Below, piece after piece: positions 15,532-24,598 of a stretch of 29,102 nucleotides of DNA (its first letter is position 1; every line of letters begins with the position of its first letter). The stretch covers positions 1 through 29,102 of the forward strand of contig JBHHYI010000035.1 of assembly GCA_046757525.1 (NCBI GenBank). Direction: 5' to 3'. Origin of the DNA: a bacterium (GTDB taxonomy: Bacteria; Zhuqueibacterota; Zhuqueibacteria; Oceanimicrobiales; Oceanimicrobiaceae). The position numbers were made by a program, and so were the translations under genes. The notes under the pieces were generated by a model. That model ran no database searches, had not been told where the DNA came from, and saw only the letters and a list, made by a program, of their open reading frames with translations.

Positions 15532-16500
15532 ATGAGGGCAACTGATCAATCTATTCAGAAATACAACGAAGCAAAGATAATAGGGAATAGTCCCGAAGCA
15601 AAACGCTTGAAAAGAGCAGTCAAAAAGCTGTCCAAGGTCGACAGCAACTTGCTCATCGTGGCGGACACCGGTGCGGGTAAAGAATTCATTGCGCAACAAA
15701 TCCATGCCAACAGCTCGCGCAAGAATCGCCCGTTCGTCGTCTTGAATTGTTCCGCCTTAGGCCACACAATAGAGAAAAAGGATTTGTACGGTGAGGAGAC
15801 TGAAGAAGCAGGCACTATTAAGCGCACCATCGGGATCCTGGACAAGGCAAATCGAGGGGTCCTGTTCCTCGACAATATCAATGACACCATCCCTGAGTAT
15901 CAGTTTGAAATCTTGCAAGTGATTCGAGAAGAGAAATACAGAAGAATTGGCGGCAAAGAAAACATCGCTCTGGACATTCGCATCATCTCGGCTTGCGAGA
16001 AGGATATGACTCCCGACATCGAATCCGGGAAGTTTCGCAAAGACCTCTTTTATCTTTTGAAGACGTTGACCATCAACATCCCGTCTCTGAGGGACAGGAA
16101 ACAGGATATTCCAGAGTATTTTATCTACTTCTTGAAACAGTACTGTTACCAACAAAAACGCGAAATACCTGCTGTTCCCGCTGAGTTGTTTGAATCCATC
16201 CTGGAATACGACTGGAAGGGCAACGTTCGGGAACTTAGGAATTGCGTTGAAAACCTGGTGATGATGTCGCCAGAAGGGGAACTCTCACCAGAGTTTCTGC
16301 CGTTTGAAATAAAACGACACCCTTTGGATTTCTTAGAGGTCAAGAATCTGAAAGGCGTCATCTCAGAGGTAGAAACTTATCTCATCAAGAAAGCCCTGGG
16401 AAAATTTGCTGGCAACCAGGTCAAGGCGGCACGGTTGTTAGGCATCCCTGAAGCAACCTTGAGATTTAAGATGAAGAAATATTCTATCTCCAAAGATTGA
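15532..16500 (+). CDS. Atypical NtrC/sigma-54-activator-family regulator (AAA+ plus Fis HTH; no sensor domain, degenerate motifs)
   Basis: IIGNS, ADTGAGKE, PFVVLNCSAL, LFLDNI, WKGNVREL and C-terminal GNQVKAARLLGIPEATLRFKMKKY. GAFTGA is absent. Confidence 0.9.
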   Translation: MRATDQSIQKYNEAKIIGNSPEAKRLKRAVKKLSKVDSNLLIVADTGAGKEFIAQQIHANSSRKNRPFVVLNCSALGHTIEKKDLYGEETEEAGTIKRTIGILDKANRGVLFLDNINDTIPEYQFEILQVIREEKYRRIGGKENIALDIRIISACEKDMTPDIESGKFRKDLFYLLKTLTINIPSLRDRKQDIPEYFIYFLKQYCYQQKREIPAVPAELFESILEYDWKGNVRELRNCVENLVMMSPEGELSPEFLPFEIKRHPLDFLEVKNLKGVISEVETYLIKKALGKFAGNQVKAARLLGIPEATLRFKMKKYSISKD

Positions 16501-16765
16501 CCGTTGTAATTCAGTGTTGCCCAAACCTTCACTGCCTTGCCTATGAGGGTTTGGTTAAATTCCCCCTCCTGCTTCAACCGCTTCGATCTGTTTCGGCCAA
16601 GACTCGTCTGAAGAATTGCGTTCTTCATTCACGTCTGTGTAATTTCAACATCTACACGCACGCTTCATCGTCGGATGCCGAAGTCATTCCAATCCCGAAC
16701 GTAAACTCAATCTGGAAATTGGGAATTTGAAATTGGTGAGTTGAGAAAAATAACAAGGGCAGGGC

Positions 16766-18004
16766 TCAATGCAGCCCGAACATGTAGGATTGTTTGATGG
16801 CCATATTGCTGGCCGCAGGATTTAAAACCGAGAAATCGTTCCAGCGCAGAACGCGGGCCAGAATACAATCCAGCATTTCGTCGTCATTAATATTGGAAGA
16901 AACTATTGAAGCATCGATCACCTTGCCGTCAGGGGCCACCACAAAACGAATAACCACCTTGCCCCTCAGCACAGGATTGCGCTTCAACGATTGCTTGTAA
17001 CAATCTTGAATTGCCGGGTAATGCGACATGACCACTTTTCTAACCTGACCTGGATCTCTGGTCATTCGTGTAATGGTGTCGGCATGCTGCCTGGTTCTTA
17101 GTTTTTCCAGCGCGTGGGAGGCGGAGGGCACTTCTTCATACTCTTTCGTCTTAGTTACTTTGATCTTTTTTGTGTTGCCTAACTTTTCGACCAAATCATT
17201 TACCTTAACATAATCTGGATAGACTCTCGAACCTTTGATTGCCGGCGGCTCCGATTGGAAGCCGTCACCTTGATGCAGGAATCGATAATCGGCGAGACGT
17301 GGGTCTCTCGGTACTTTCAGACTGGTCAAGAAAGCCAACCGCTTTTCCAGCTCTCCAGAAGTGCTATCGGCAAAGTCTAAGATGTTGGCAATTTCAGCAT
17401 ACGTGACCACGCCGCTGCCGGAAGTAATGATGCTCAGCAGCCCTACTCGTTGAACCCCTTCGATCATTTCGTCACGGGCGGCATGTCTTCTTGCCGTATT
17501 CAACTCCCTATTAGCCTTAATTCTGTCAGAAGGCTTGGTTTTGGCTGCCAGGTCGGAGGACTCTGGGATTTTCAACAGTTTGTCAATTTCCGGTTCGTAG
17601 GTGTCCATCTTGTTCAGGAATGAATCCAGAATATTGAAATTGGAGGTGTTCTTAGCTTCAGGGGGCTCAGTCCGCTTCAAGACCTCGGGAAATCTATTTC
17701 TGCCTTCCAATATGAACTTTGCAAATTGCTTACGGACTTTTTCGACGGACTTCACACTATCTTTTTTGGACAAATGTGAGGAGACATACAATGCCAAAAC
17801 AAAATGCAGGAACAGAGAGCTCAACAGGATGATGGCATACCTGGAGTCAATTCCCTGATAAAACCTTTTTTTCAATTCCTTGGGGAATTTTTCCAATCTT
17901 GGTAGTTCTTCGATCACGATGGGATCGCCTGGATTCAGTTCTGCTTGTTCATTCAAGAGAGTTGGTGATTGTTTGACGACTGGCTCAGCAGATTCTAATT
18001 TCAC
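16766..18004 (-). CDS. AgmX/PglI-C (TonB C-terminal-like) single-pass protein
   Basis: TM helix with SSLFLH (TonB-like S..LH motif), long periplasmic region, C-terminal IQDCYKQSLKRNPVLRGKVVIRFVVAPDGKV...CI. GTG at 18004 preferred because the track's TTG at 18097 coincides with a TTGACT -35-like box. Confidence 0.8.
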   Translation of the reverse strand: MKLESAEPVVKQSPTLLNEQAELNPGDPIVIEELPRLEKFPKELKKRFYQGIDSRYAIILLSSLFLHFVLALYVSSHLSKKDSVKSVEKVRKQFAKFILEGRNRFPEVLKRTEPPEAKNTSNFNILDSFLNKMDTYEPEIDKLLKIPESSDLAAKTKPSDRIKANRELNTARRHAARDEMIEGVQRVGLLSIITSGSGVVTYAEIANILDFADSTSGELEKRLAFLTSLKVPRDPRLADYRFLHQGDGFQSEPPAIKGSRVYPDYVKVNDLVEKLGNTKKIKVTKTKEYEEVPSASHALEKLRTRQHADTITRMTRDPGQVRKVVMSHYPAIQDCYKQSLKRNPVLRGKVVIRFVVAPDGKVIDASIVSSNINDDEMLDCILARVLRWNDFSVLNPAASNMAIKQSYMFGLH

Positions 18005-18308
18005 GTGAGGCCCCAATGTTGTTGATTCAAATGGAAGTATCGATGTCGAGGGTAGAATAAACGAAGTATAATTTAATTTTAATTTCAAAAAAGTCAAGAG
18101 AAAAATGAAACATACTCATAATATTAGCAGATTTTAACAAATTTTAACAAGCTAATTGCGATTTGTTTCTAAAATAGCGCCATATCTTGCGGCTAACCCA
18201 CTCATACCGCGTTTTTTATTCACGATCCTCATAGCGACCACTATTAAGACTGGGACTCTGTGTAAGCTTCACCCTTTGCCCAAATCCCAAGCCAATCTCG
18301 ACGGTCCG

Positions 18309-19202
18309 TCAATTATGATGCGCCTCAAGCCGCATGCGCGCAATACCTTCGTACGGATCCAGGGGCTGGCCATTCAAGAACTCCTGACATTTTGAAATAT
18401 CGAAGGACAAGTCCCTGGGCCGGGTCGCATCATGATGCGAGGCATCCATGAGCGTCTTTTTCAACTTTTTTTCTGAATAACCATAGCACTCGCACAGGAT
18501 CTTTCCGAATTCGTACCTGTTCAAGCACAGGGGGCCGCCAAGATGGAAGAGACCGGTACAGTTTAAAGCCGCCAATTCCAACAGGGCCCTCGCGAGATCT
18601 TCCGCATAGATCGGAGATCGAAATTGATCGATGTAAACAGGTACCTCATCGCTGCCTTTGAGATTCATCAAGAGCCACTCCGAAAAGGAGCTTCCACCAC
18701 ATCGCGGCGAGCCATAGATCAATGCGGCCCTTGCGATCACATAATCCGGGCAGATGCTGGACACGGCCTGCTCCGCCCGCAATTTGGTCTCCCCATAATA
18801 ATTGATCGGATTTGGCACATCTTCCTCACAGTAATGACCTTTCTCACCATCAAAAACATTATCGGTAGATACAAAAATTAATCGACTTTTCATCTCATGG
18901 CATTTTTCCGCAATCTTGCAAGTACTGGAATAATTGACCGACTCCGCCAGACTCTTTTGCCTTTCGCAGTCATCAATATTGGCCATGGCAGCCGTGTGAA
19001 TAACGACCGCGGGTCCAATGGCATCCATCACAGAATAAAGCGCCTTGCTGTCCGTTAAATCAATCTTCAGCCACTGCACGCCTGGCATCCTAACTGGATT
19101 CCGGAAAAAAGTTGCATAAACCCTATAATCTTTTTGTGCTGACGAAACCAAATAGCCACCTAAAAAACCACTGCCTCCAGTAATTAAAATCGGTTGCTTC
19201 AT
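18309..19202 (-). CDS. rfbD: dTDP-4-dehydrorhamnose reductase (RmlD/RfbD)-like SDR
   Basis: ITGGSGFLG, STDNVFDG, PINYYGETK (YxxxK), DQFRSP. Confidence 0.8.
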   Translation of the reverse strand: MKQPILITGGSGFLGGYLVSSAQKDYRVYATFFRNPVRMPGVQWLKIDLTDSKALYSVMDAIGPAVVIHTAAMANIDDCERQKSLAESVNYSSTCKIAEKCHEMKSRLIFVSTDNVFDGEKGHYCEEDVPNPINYYGETKLRAEQAVSSICPDYVIARAALIYGSPRCGGSSFSEWLLMNLKGSDEVPVYIDQFRSPIYAEDLARALLELAALNCTGLFHLGGPLCLNRYEFGKILCECYGYSEKKLKKTLMDASHHDATRPRDLSFDISKCQEFLNGQPLDPYEGIARMRLEAHHN

Positions 19203-19229
19203 GATTTGTTTTAATCCAGGCAGGAAACA

Positions 19230-19928
19230 TTAGTTGAAGTCGATCTCATCGGTTTGGCCATCCGGGTGTCCCACAATCACCTTGTCGGTCAAACCGATAA
19301 ACAAGCCGGCCTCAACCACGCCGGGCAGGTTGTTAATGGTCTGAACCAACCCTGCGGGGCTCTCGATGCGCTTGAAACTGCAGTCTAAAATATAGTTCTG
19401 GTTGTCAGTAATAAATACCCTGTCCTGATCTTTTCTTAAACGGGCCTCACACCCGAGTGCTTGCAATTTCTTCTGTACGAATTTCCAGCCAAAGGGCAAC
19501 ACTTCAACCGGCAACGGGCATCGACCCAGGTATTGAACCAGTTTGGTTTCATCGACGATAATGATTTCCTGATTGCTGGCAGCGGCAACGATCTTCTCCC
19601 TGGTCAACGCGCCCCCGCCACCTTTGATTAAATTGCCGCGCCGGTCGACTTCATCGGCACCATCGATGGTCAGATCCACGTGCTCAAACTCACTCAAGAG
19701 GGGGATGTTCAGTTCTTTAGCCAGCCTCTCGCTTTCCAATGAAGTGGGCACACCTTGAATGTTGAAACCGTCCCGGACTTTTTGCCCCAAGATTTGAATG
19801 GCAAAACGAGTGGTGCTTCCGGTGCCCAATCCCACAGTCATGTGCTCGCGAATGTGGGCCACCGCCTTCTCGGCCGCGGCTTTTTTTGAACGGTTCATGC
19901 TCAAACTCTCAGCGCTATCAATTTTCAT
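19230..19928 (-). CDS. rpiA: Ribose-5-phosphate isomerase A
   Basis: VGLGTGST, IDGADEVD, IKGGGGALTREK, PGVVEAGLF. Confidence 0.97.
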   Translation of the reverse strand: MKIDSAESLSMNRSKKAAAEKAVAHIREHMTVGLGTGSTTRFAIQILGQKVRDGFNIQGVPTSLESERLAKELNIPLLSEFEHVDLTIDGADEVDRRGNLIKGGGGALTREKIVAAASNQEIIIVDETKLVQYLGRCPLPVEVLPFGWKFVQKKLQALGCEARLRKDQDRVFITDNQNYILDCSFKRIESPAGLVQTINNLPGVVEAGLFIGLTDKVIVGHPDGQTDEIDFN

Positions 19929-20073
19929 ACTATTTCCTCGACACGGATTGAAGTACGGTCAAAACGCAATTTTAAAAATTTCAACTGTAAAAGTCAAATG
20001 AAATAATGGACAAATCTTTGACGGGACAGGGAAATACGACCAAGTGGCCGATCTCTTGGCAAGGTAAAAATAT

Positions 20074-20101
20074 TTGACATTTGATTTTATTTTTATATAT
20101 T
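20074..20101 (+). promoter_or_regulatory. Sigma-70-type promoter for mrp
   Basis: TTGACA (20074-20079), 16 nt, TATATT (20096-20101) in an AT-rich divergent spacer. Confidence 0.5.
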
Positions 20102-20160
20102 TACTAACTAATATTTTTCTTGACATAACCTTCCTGAATAACACAGGAGATACTTCATAG

Positions 20161-21306
20161 ATGAATACAGTAACTGACAAAGAGATCCTGACATCTCTGA
20201 GCAAAGTTCAAGAACCAGAGTCGGGCAAAGATTTGGTCGCTTTGAACATGGTCAAAGATGTTAAAATCGAGGATTCTGCGGTTTCTATTACGCTGGAATT
20301 CAAAAGTCCTTCGTATCCTTTTCAAGAAAAGTTGGTGGACCAGGCCAAAACTGCCCTGTTGCTGCTATCCGGCGTGGACCGTGTGACGGTCAAGACCCGT
20401 GCAAGCAATCCGCTCAAGGTCCTCTCTTCGCAACCTGCTCAGCCACGGCCTGCCCAACGACCCGGGCCTCAAACTCCCATGCAGCCCCAGCGGGCCAATC
20501 TAATCCCCTCCGCACAATATACCATAGCGGTGGCCAGCGGCAAGGGTGGCGTCGGCAAGACGACGGTTGCAGTTAATTTGGCGATTTCGTTGGCCCGCAC
20601 CGGGGCAACGGTGGGCTTGCTCGACGCGGACATTTATGGCCCCAACATTCCAATCATGATGGGCGCAGAAGGTAAACTGGGCACGCGCAACAACAAGATT
20701 GCACCCATGGAGCGTTACGGGGTGCACATGGTTTCGGTTGGCTTCATTGCCGAGGGCGACACCGCCATTATCTGGCGCGGCCCCCTGGTTGGCAGAATGA
20801 TTCAACAATTCCTGCAAGATGTGGACTGGGGCCAGTTGGACTATCTGGTCATCGATTTGCCGCCTGGAACCGGCGACGCCCAACTGACTCTGACCCAGGC
20901 CGTACCGTTGACCGGAGCTGTGGTGGTAACTACACCACAAGACGTAGCGCTGGCCGATGCGAAGAAAGGAGTCAACATGTTTCGCAAAGTAGAGGTGCCG
21001 GTGCTGGGTATAGTGGAAAACATGAGTTATTTTGTGTGCCCTCACTGCCAGGAAAGAACGGAAATATTCGATCACGGCGGCGGCAAAAGGGCCAGTGAAA
21101 AATTCAACGTGCCCTTTCTTGGCGAGATCCCCCTGGAGACCAACGTGCGCATTGGCGGGGATAAGGGTACCCCAATCGTTGTCGCAGAGCCGGATTCCCC
21201 GGTCTCTAAGGCATTTGAGAAGTTAGCCGCCGACATCATGGCTCAAGTGAGCACCAAGAAAACGCGCGACCAGGGGCTTTTAAAACGTGTTTTCAAAATC
21301 AGTTGA
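20161..21306 (+). CDS. apbC: Mrp/ApbC (NBP35 family) Fe-S cluster carrier ATPase
   Basis: N-terminal DUF59-like domain, Pro/Gln linker, SGKGGVGKT, DADIYGP, WRGP, DLPPGTGD, ENMS..CPHC. SD AGGAG. Confidence 0.95.
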   Translation: MNTVTDKEILTSLSKVQEPESGKDLVALNMVKDVKIEDSAVSITLEFKSPSYPFQEKLVDQAKTALLLLSGVDRVTVKTRASNPLKVLSSQPAQPRPAQRPGPQTPMQPQRANLIPSAQYTIAVASGKGGVGKTTVAVNLAISLARTGATVGLLDADIYGPNIPIMMGAEGKLGTRNNKIAPMERYGVHMVSVGFIAEGDTAIIWRGPLVGRMIQQFLQDVDWGQLDYLVIDLPPGTGDAQLTLTQAVPLTGAVVVTTPQDVALADAKKGVNMFRKVEVPVLGIVENMSYFVCPHCQERTEIFDHGGGKRASEKFNVPFLGEIPLETNVRIGGDKGTPIVVAEPDSPVSKAFEKLAADIMAQVSTKKTRDQGLLKRVFKIS

Positions 21307-21411
21307 ACGTCACACGTAGCTGGAGGACGGCCCGAATTACATCATGCCTTGCTTAATCTAGATGGATTCTATTGGCATCTTTGACCCTGGATCATTGGAG
21401 GAAGGTAAACT

Positions 21412-22341
21412 ATGGCTGGTGATGATTTGACAGTACGTTTCTGGGGCGTGCGGGGCAGTTACCCCGTGCCAGGACAGAACACTTTGCGTTTTGGTGGCAA
21501 CACCTCATGTGTGGAGATTCGAGCTAAGAACCACTTGATCATTTTGGACGCCGGTACCGGAATCATCAATCTTGGCAAGAAATTGTTGCAAGAAAAGTCT
21601 GCGAATACCGCCAACCACAAGAGCTTGGCGGCAGTGGCCACGCTCCTCATCACGCACACACACCACGATCACATCCAAGGATTGCCCTATTTTTTGCCAG
21701 CCTACGAAATGGATTATGTGCTCTACGTTTACGGCCCGAAAACCTACTCCGACGATCTGGCAAAGGTTTTATCCAGAAGCATGGACCCTTACTACAGTCC
21801 CATCAGATTAGAGGAGTTGAGTTCACAAAAAATCATAAAGAATTTGAGCGATCAGGACTTGCTGGTTTTGGGAGCCAAATCCCCTGCCCCTGAGCTGTGC
21901 ACCCCAAACGGAGTACACATCAACCCTCAGAAAGATGTCATTATACACATCTTGCGAAGCTACGCCCATCCCAAAGATGGTGTTTTTGTCTTCAAGATTG
22001 AAGCGAACAGCAAAAGCATTGTCTACGCAACAGATACCGAGGGGTACGCTGGCGGCGACTCCCGCCTGATAGAATTCTCCAAGGGAACCGATCTGTTGAT
22101 CCATGACGCCCAATACGATCCCCAGGAGTACATGGATGTTTCTTTTCCCAAACAAGGCTTTGGGCACAGCACCTACGAAATGGCGGCCAAAGTCGCCAGG
22201 GAAGCAGATGCCAAGAGGCTCATTCTTTTTCACCACGATCCTTCCCACTCGGATGCAAAGATTTCCGAAATGGAGAAACAAGCGCAGGCAATCTTCCCAA
22301 ATACCCAGGCCGGCGCCGAGGGCTTGGAGTTTAAGATTTGA
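21412..22341 (+). CDS. MBL-fold metallo-hydrolase (RNase Z/phosphodiesterase-like)
   Basis: FWGVRGSYP, GGNTSC, THTHHDHIQG, DAQY, GHST, FHHDP. Confidence 0.9.
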   Translation: MAGDDLTVRFWGVRGSYPVPGQNTLRFGGNTSCVEIRAKNHLIILDAGTGIINLGKKLLQEKSANTANHKSLAAVATLLITHTHHDHIQGLPYFLPAYEMDYVLYVYGPKTYSDDLAKVLSRSMDPYYSPIRLEELSSQKIIKNLSDQDLLVLGAKSPAPELCTPNGVHINPQKDVIIHILRSYAHPKDGVFVFKIEANSKSIVYATDTEGYAGGDSRLIEFSKGTDLLIHDAQYDPQEYMDVSFPKQGFGHSTYEMAAKVAREADAKRLILFHHDPSHSDAKISEMEKQAQAIFPNTQAGAEGLEFKI

Positions 22342-22862
22342 GCATTGTGATTAAGCCAACAAAAAACTCTGCCACAGCCCATGAGTCGCAGGCGCTGCCG
22401 GTTTCTAATTCAAAAGTAGAAATGCTGGAGATCGTGTTGCCCAACGATGCCAACACCCTGGGCAATATTCTGGGCGGCAAGGTCATGCATCTAATCGACA
22501 TAGCCTGCGCCGTCGCGGCCCACCGACATTGCCGACGGCCGGTGGTTACTGCCTCAATGGACCACCTGGATTTCAAACATCCCATCAAAGTGGGCGAACT
22601 CGTTATCGTCAAAGCTTCGGTGAACCGAGTTTTTAAATCTTCCATGGAATGCGGCGCTAAAGTCCTGTCAGAGAATCTGCAGACCGGAGAACTCAAACAC
22701 ACCAGCTCCGCCTATCTGACATTCGTGGCCCTGGACGAAAACAACCGTCCCATGTCGGTGGCGCCCATTCTACCTGAAACTGAAGAAGAAAAACGCCGGT
22801 GGCGCGAAGCGGAAATCCGCCGCGCGCTCAGATTAAAAGAGAAAACAGCCCTGAGCCGGTAA
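22338..22862 (+). CDS. Acyl-CoA thioesterase (HotDog fold, YciA-like)
   Basis: VLPNDANTLGNILGG, VVTASMD..F..PI..G, AYLTFVALD. TTGA overlap with the upstream stop. Confidence 0.92.
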   Translation: MSIVIKPTKNSATAHESQALPVSNSKVEMLEIVLPNDANTLGNILGGKVMHLIDIACAVAAHRHCRRPVVTASMDHLDFKHPIKVGELVIVKASVNRVFKSSMECGAKVLSENLQTGELKHTSSAYLTFVALDENNRPMSVAPILPETEEEKRRWREAEIRRALRLKEKTALSR

Positions 22863-23157
22863 TGGTCCGGGGATTTTCTGATAAGCCTCCGTCAATCTCC
22901 TGGAATGGCAGCTACCTTACCAAGGCATTTTCTCCTACCCGATAGGATTCAATCACCAACGTTTGATGCGGTACGGTTGTCCAGTTGAATCAGTAGCCAG
23001 GTCCTTTGCACCCGCAAGCGAGAAGTCAGATGGGTGGTGATTGGCTGCGATTCGATGAGAACCACAGGCCTCTCGGCGGCCCGAATGACGTTGTCCGCGT
23101 AACCCGGCTCACGGCACTGAAACGGCCTTAAATCAGTACAAAATGTAAATTTATATC

Positions 23158-23186
23158 TTGAACTTTTGAATTCTTTTGCCTATATT
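23158..23186 (+). promoter_or_regulatory. Sigma-70-type promoter for the Rieske-queG operon
   Basis: TTGAAC (23158-23163), 17 nt, TATATT (23181-23186). Confidence 0.6.
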
Positions 23187-23230
23187 TAATGTTTGATTCG
23201 CCCATTGCTTTTGCTTCAGAAGGGGAAGCT

Positions 23231-23539
23231 TTGAAGACGAAGTTGGTGACCGTTGCGCGCAAGGACGAACTCAGGCCTGGGGAAAGCAAAGTCGTCGCAG
23301 CAAAGAATAGAACCATTGCTCTTTACAACGTCGAAGGCACCTTTTATGCCACCGACAATATCTGCCCGCACAAGGGCGGCCCCCTCGGAGAGGGCGAGTT
23401 GCAGGGAGCAAGCATTACCTGCCCCTGGCACGGTTGGCAATTCGATGTGGTGTGTGGTGCAAATAGCGTTGATTCCAAGATGAAACTGGTCACCTACGAA
23501 GTGCACCTCGACGGAGACCACGTTCAAATCAAGATTTGA
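23231..23539 (+). CDS. Rieske [2Fe-2S] ferredoxin (NirD-like)
   Basis: CPHKG...CPWHG motif. TTG at 23231 follows AAGGGG; the ATG at 23189 sits just after the -10 box and is less likely. Confidence 0.9.
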   Translation: MKTKLVTVARKDELRPGESKVVAAKNRTIALYNVEGTFYATDNICPHKGGPLGEGELQGASITCPWHGWQFDVVCGANSVDSKMKLVTYEVHLDGDHVQIKI

Positions 23540-24598
23540 ATGATGACCTTAACCCAATCGATAAAACAAAAAGCCCTGGATTTGGGATTCGACCTGGTTG
23601 GCGTCGCCCGCCTGGAAACCGTTCCCGAATTATCCTTTTACGTCCAATGGCTGCAAGCTGGTTACGCAGGGAAAATGACGTATTTAGAAAAAGACCTGCA
23701 CAGACGTACGGATGTGACAGAGGTCGTCCCTGAGGCACGGTCGGTGATTGTTTGTGCCACGAATTACAACACCAACCACCCGCTGTCTGTCGAGCAAGGG
23801 GATTCGACCAGAGGCTGGATTTCACGCTACGCCTGGGGCGACGACTACCACGACATTTTGAAGAAGAAACTCCTGGAGTTGCTTGAATTCATCCAGTTTG
23901 TTAGCCACGAGGAGGTCGTTGGGCGGGTTTACGTGGACACGGGTCCGGTGGTGGAGCGTGTGTACGCAAAATACGCCGGCATCGGCTGGTTTGGCAAAAA
24001 CACCTGCATCATCAATCAACAAAAGGGCTCGTGGTTGTTTCTGGGTGAAATCATCACCAATCTCGAGTTGGAATATGACCAGCCCGCACCCGACCGCTGT
24101 GGCACGTGCAATCGCTGCATGGAAGCTTGTCCCACAGATGCCATCTTAGAACCGTATGTTTTGGATGCCCGCCTGTGCATTTCTTATTTGACCATTGAAC
24201 TGAAAGAAGAAATACCGTTAGAGCTTAGAGAACCCATGGGCAATCACGTCTTCGGCTGTGACATCTGCCAGGACGTGTGTCCCTGGAACCGCAACGCACC
24301 GACGACCAACTCGCCTGCTTTCCAGCCTCGGCAGGGCCTGTTCAATCCAGAACTGGATGCGTTGGCCCAACTTGACGCCGAAGCTTTCAGCGCCAAATTT
24401 CGGAAGAGTCCCGTCAAAAGAAGCAAGCGGAATGGACTTTTGCGGAATTGTGCTGTGGCCATCGGCAATTCAGGAGAAGTCAAATTTGCACCCCTGCTGG
24501 AAAGCATGGTAGAACACGAAGACCCGTTGACCGCTGAGCACGCGGAATGGGCCTTAGACAAGCTTGGCAAAAAGGAAGAAGCCCATGAATTTGCCTAA
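23540..24598 (+). CDS. queG: tRNA epoxyqueuosine(34) reductase
   Basis: ISRYAWGDDYH, VDTGPVVER, GWFGKN, CGTCNRCMEACP, GCDICQDVCPWN. Confidence 0.96.
   Translation: MMTLTQSIKQKALDLGFDLVGVARLETVPELSFYVQWLQAGYAGKMTYLEKDLHRRTDVTEVVPEARSVIVCATNYNTNHPLSVEQGDSTRGWISRYAWGDDYHDILKKKLLELLEFIQFVSHEEVVGRVYVDTGPVVERVYAKYAGIGWFGKNTCIINQQKGSWLFLGEIITNLELEYDQPAPDRCGTCNRCMEACPTDAILEPYVLDARLCISYLTIELKEEIPLELREPMGNHVFGCDICQDVCPWNRNAPTTNSPAFQPRQGLFNPELDALAQLDAEAFSAKFRKSPVKRSKRNGLLRNCAVAIGNSGEVKFAPLLESMVEHEDPLTAEHAEWALDKLGKKEEAHEFA

Noticed and set aside
16497..16730. 77-aa plus-strand ORF and overlapping 83-aa minus-strand ORF between convergent genes
   Set aside because: No motifs, atypical composition, and the minus ORF overlaps the regulator's HTH region.
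18005..18097. TTG start at 18097 for the AgmX-type gene
   Set aside because: It coincides with a TTGACT -35-like box in AT-rich promoter DNA; the GTG at 18004 is more plausible.
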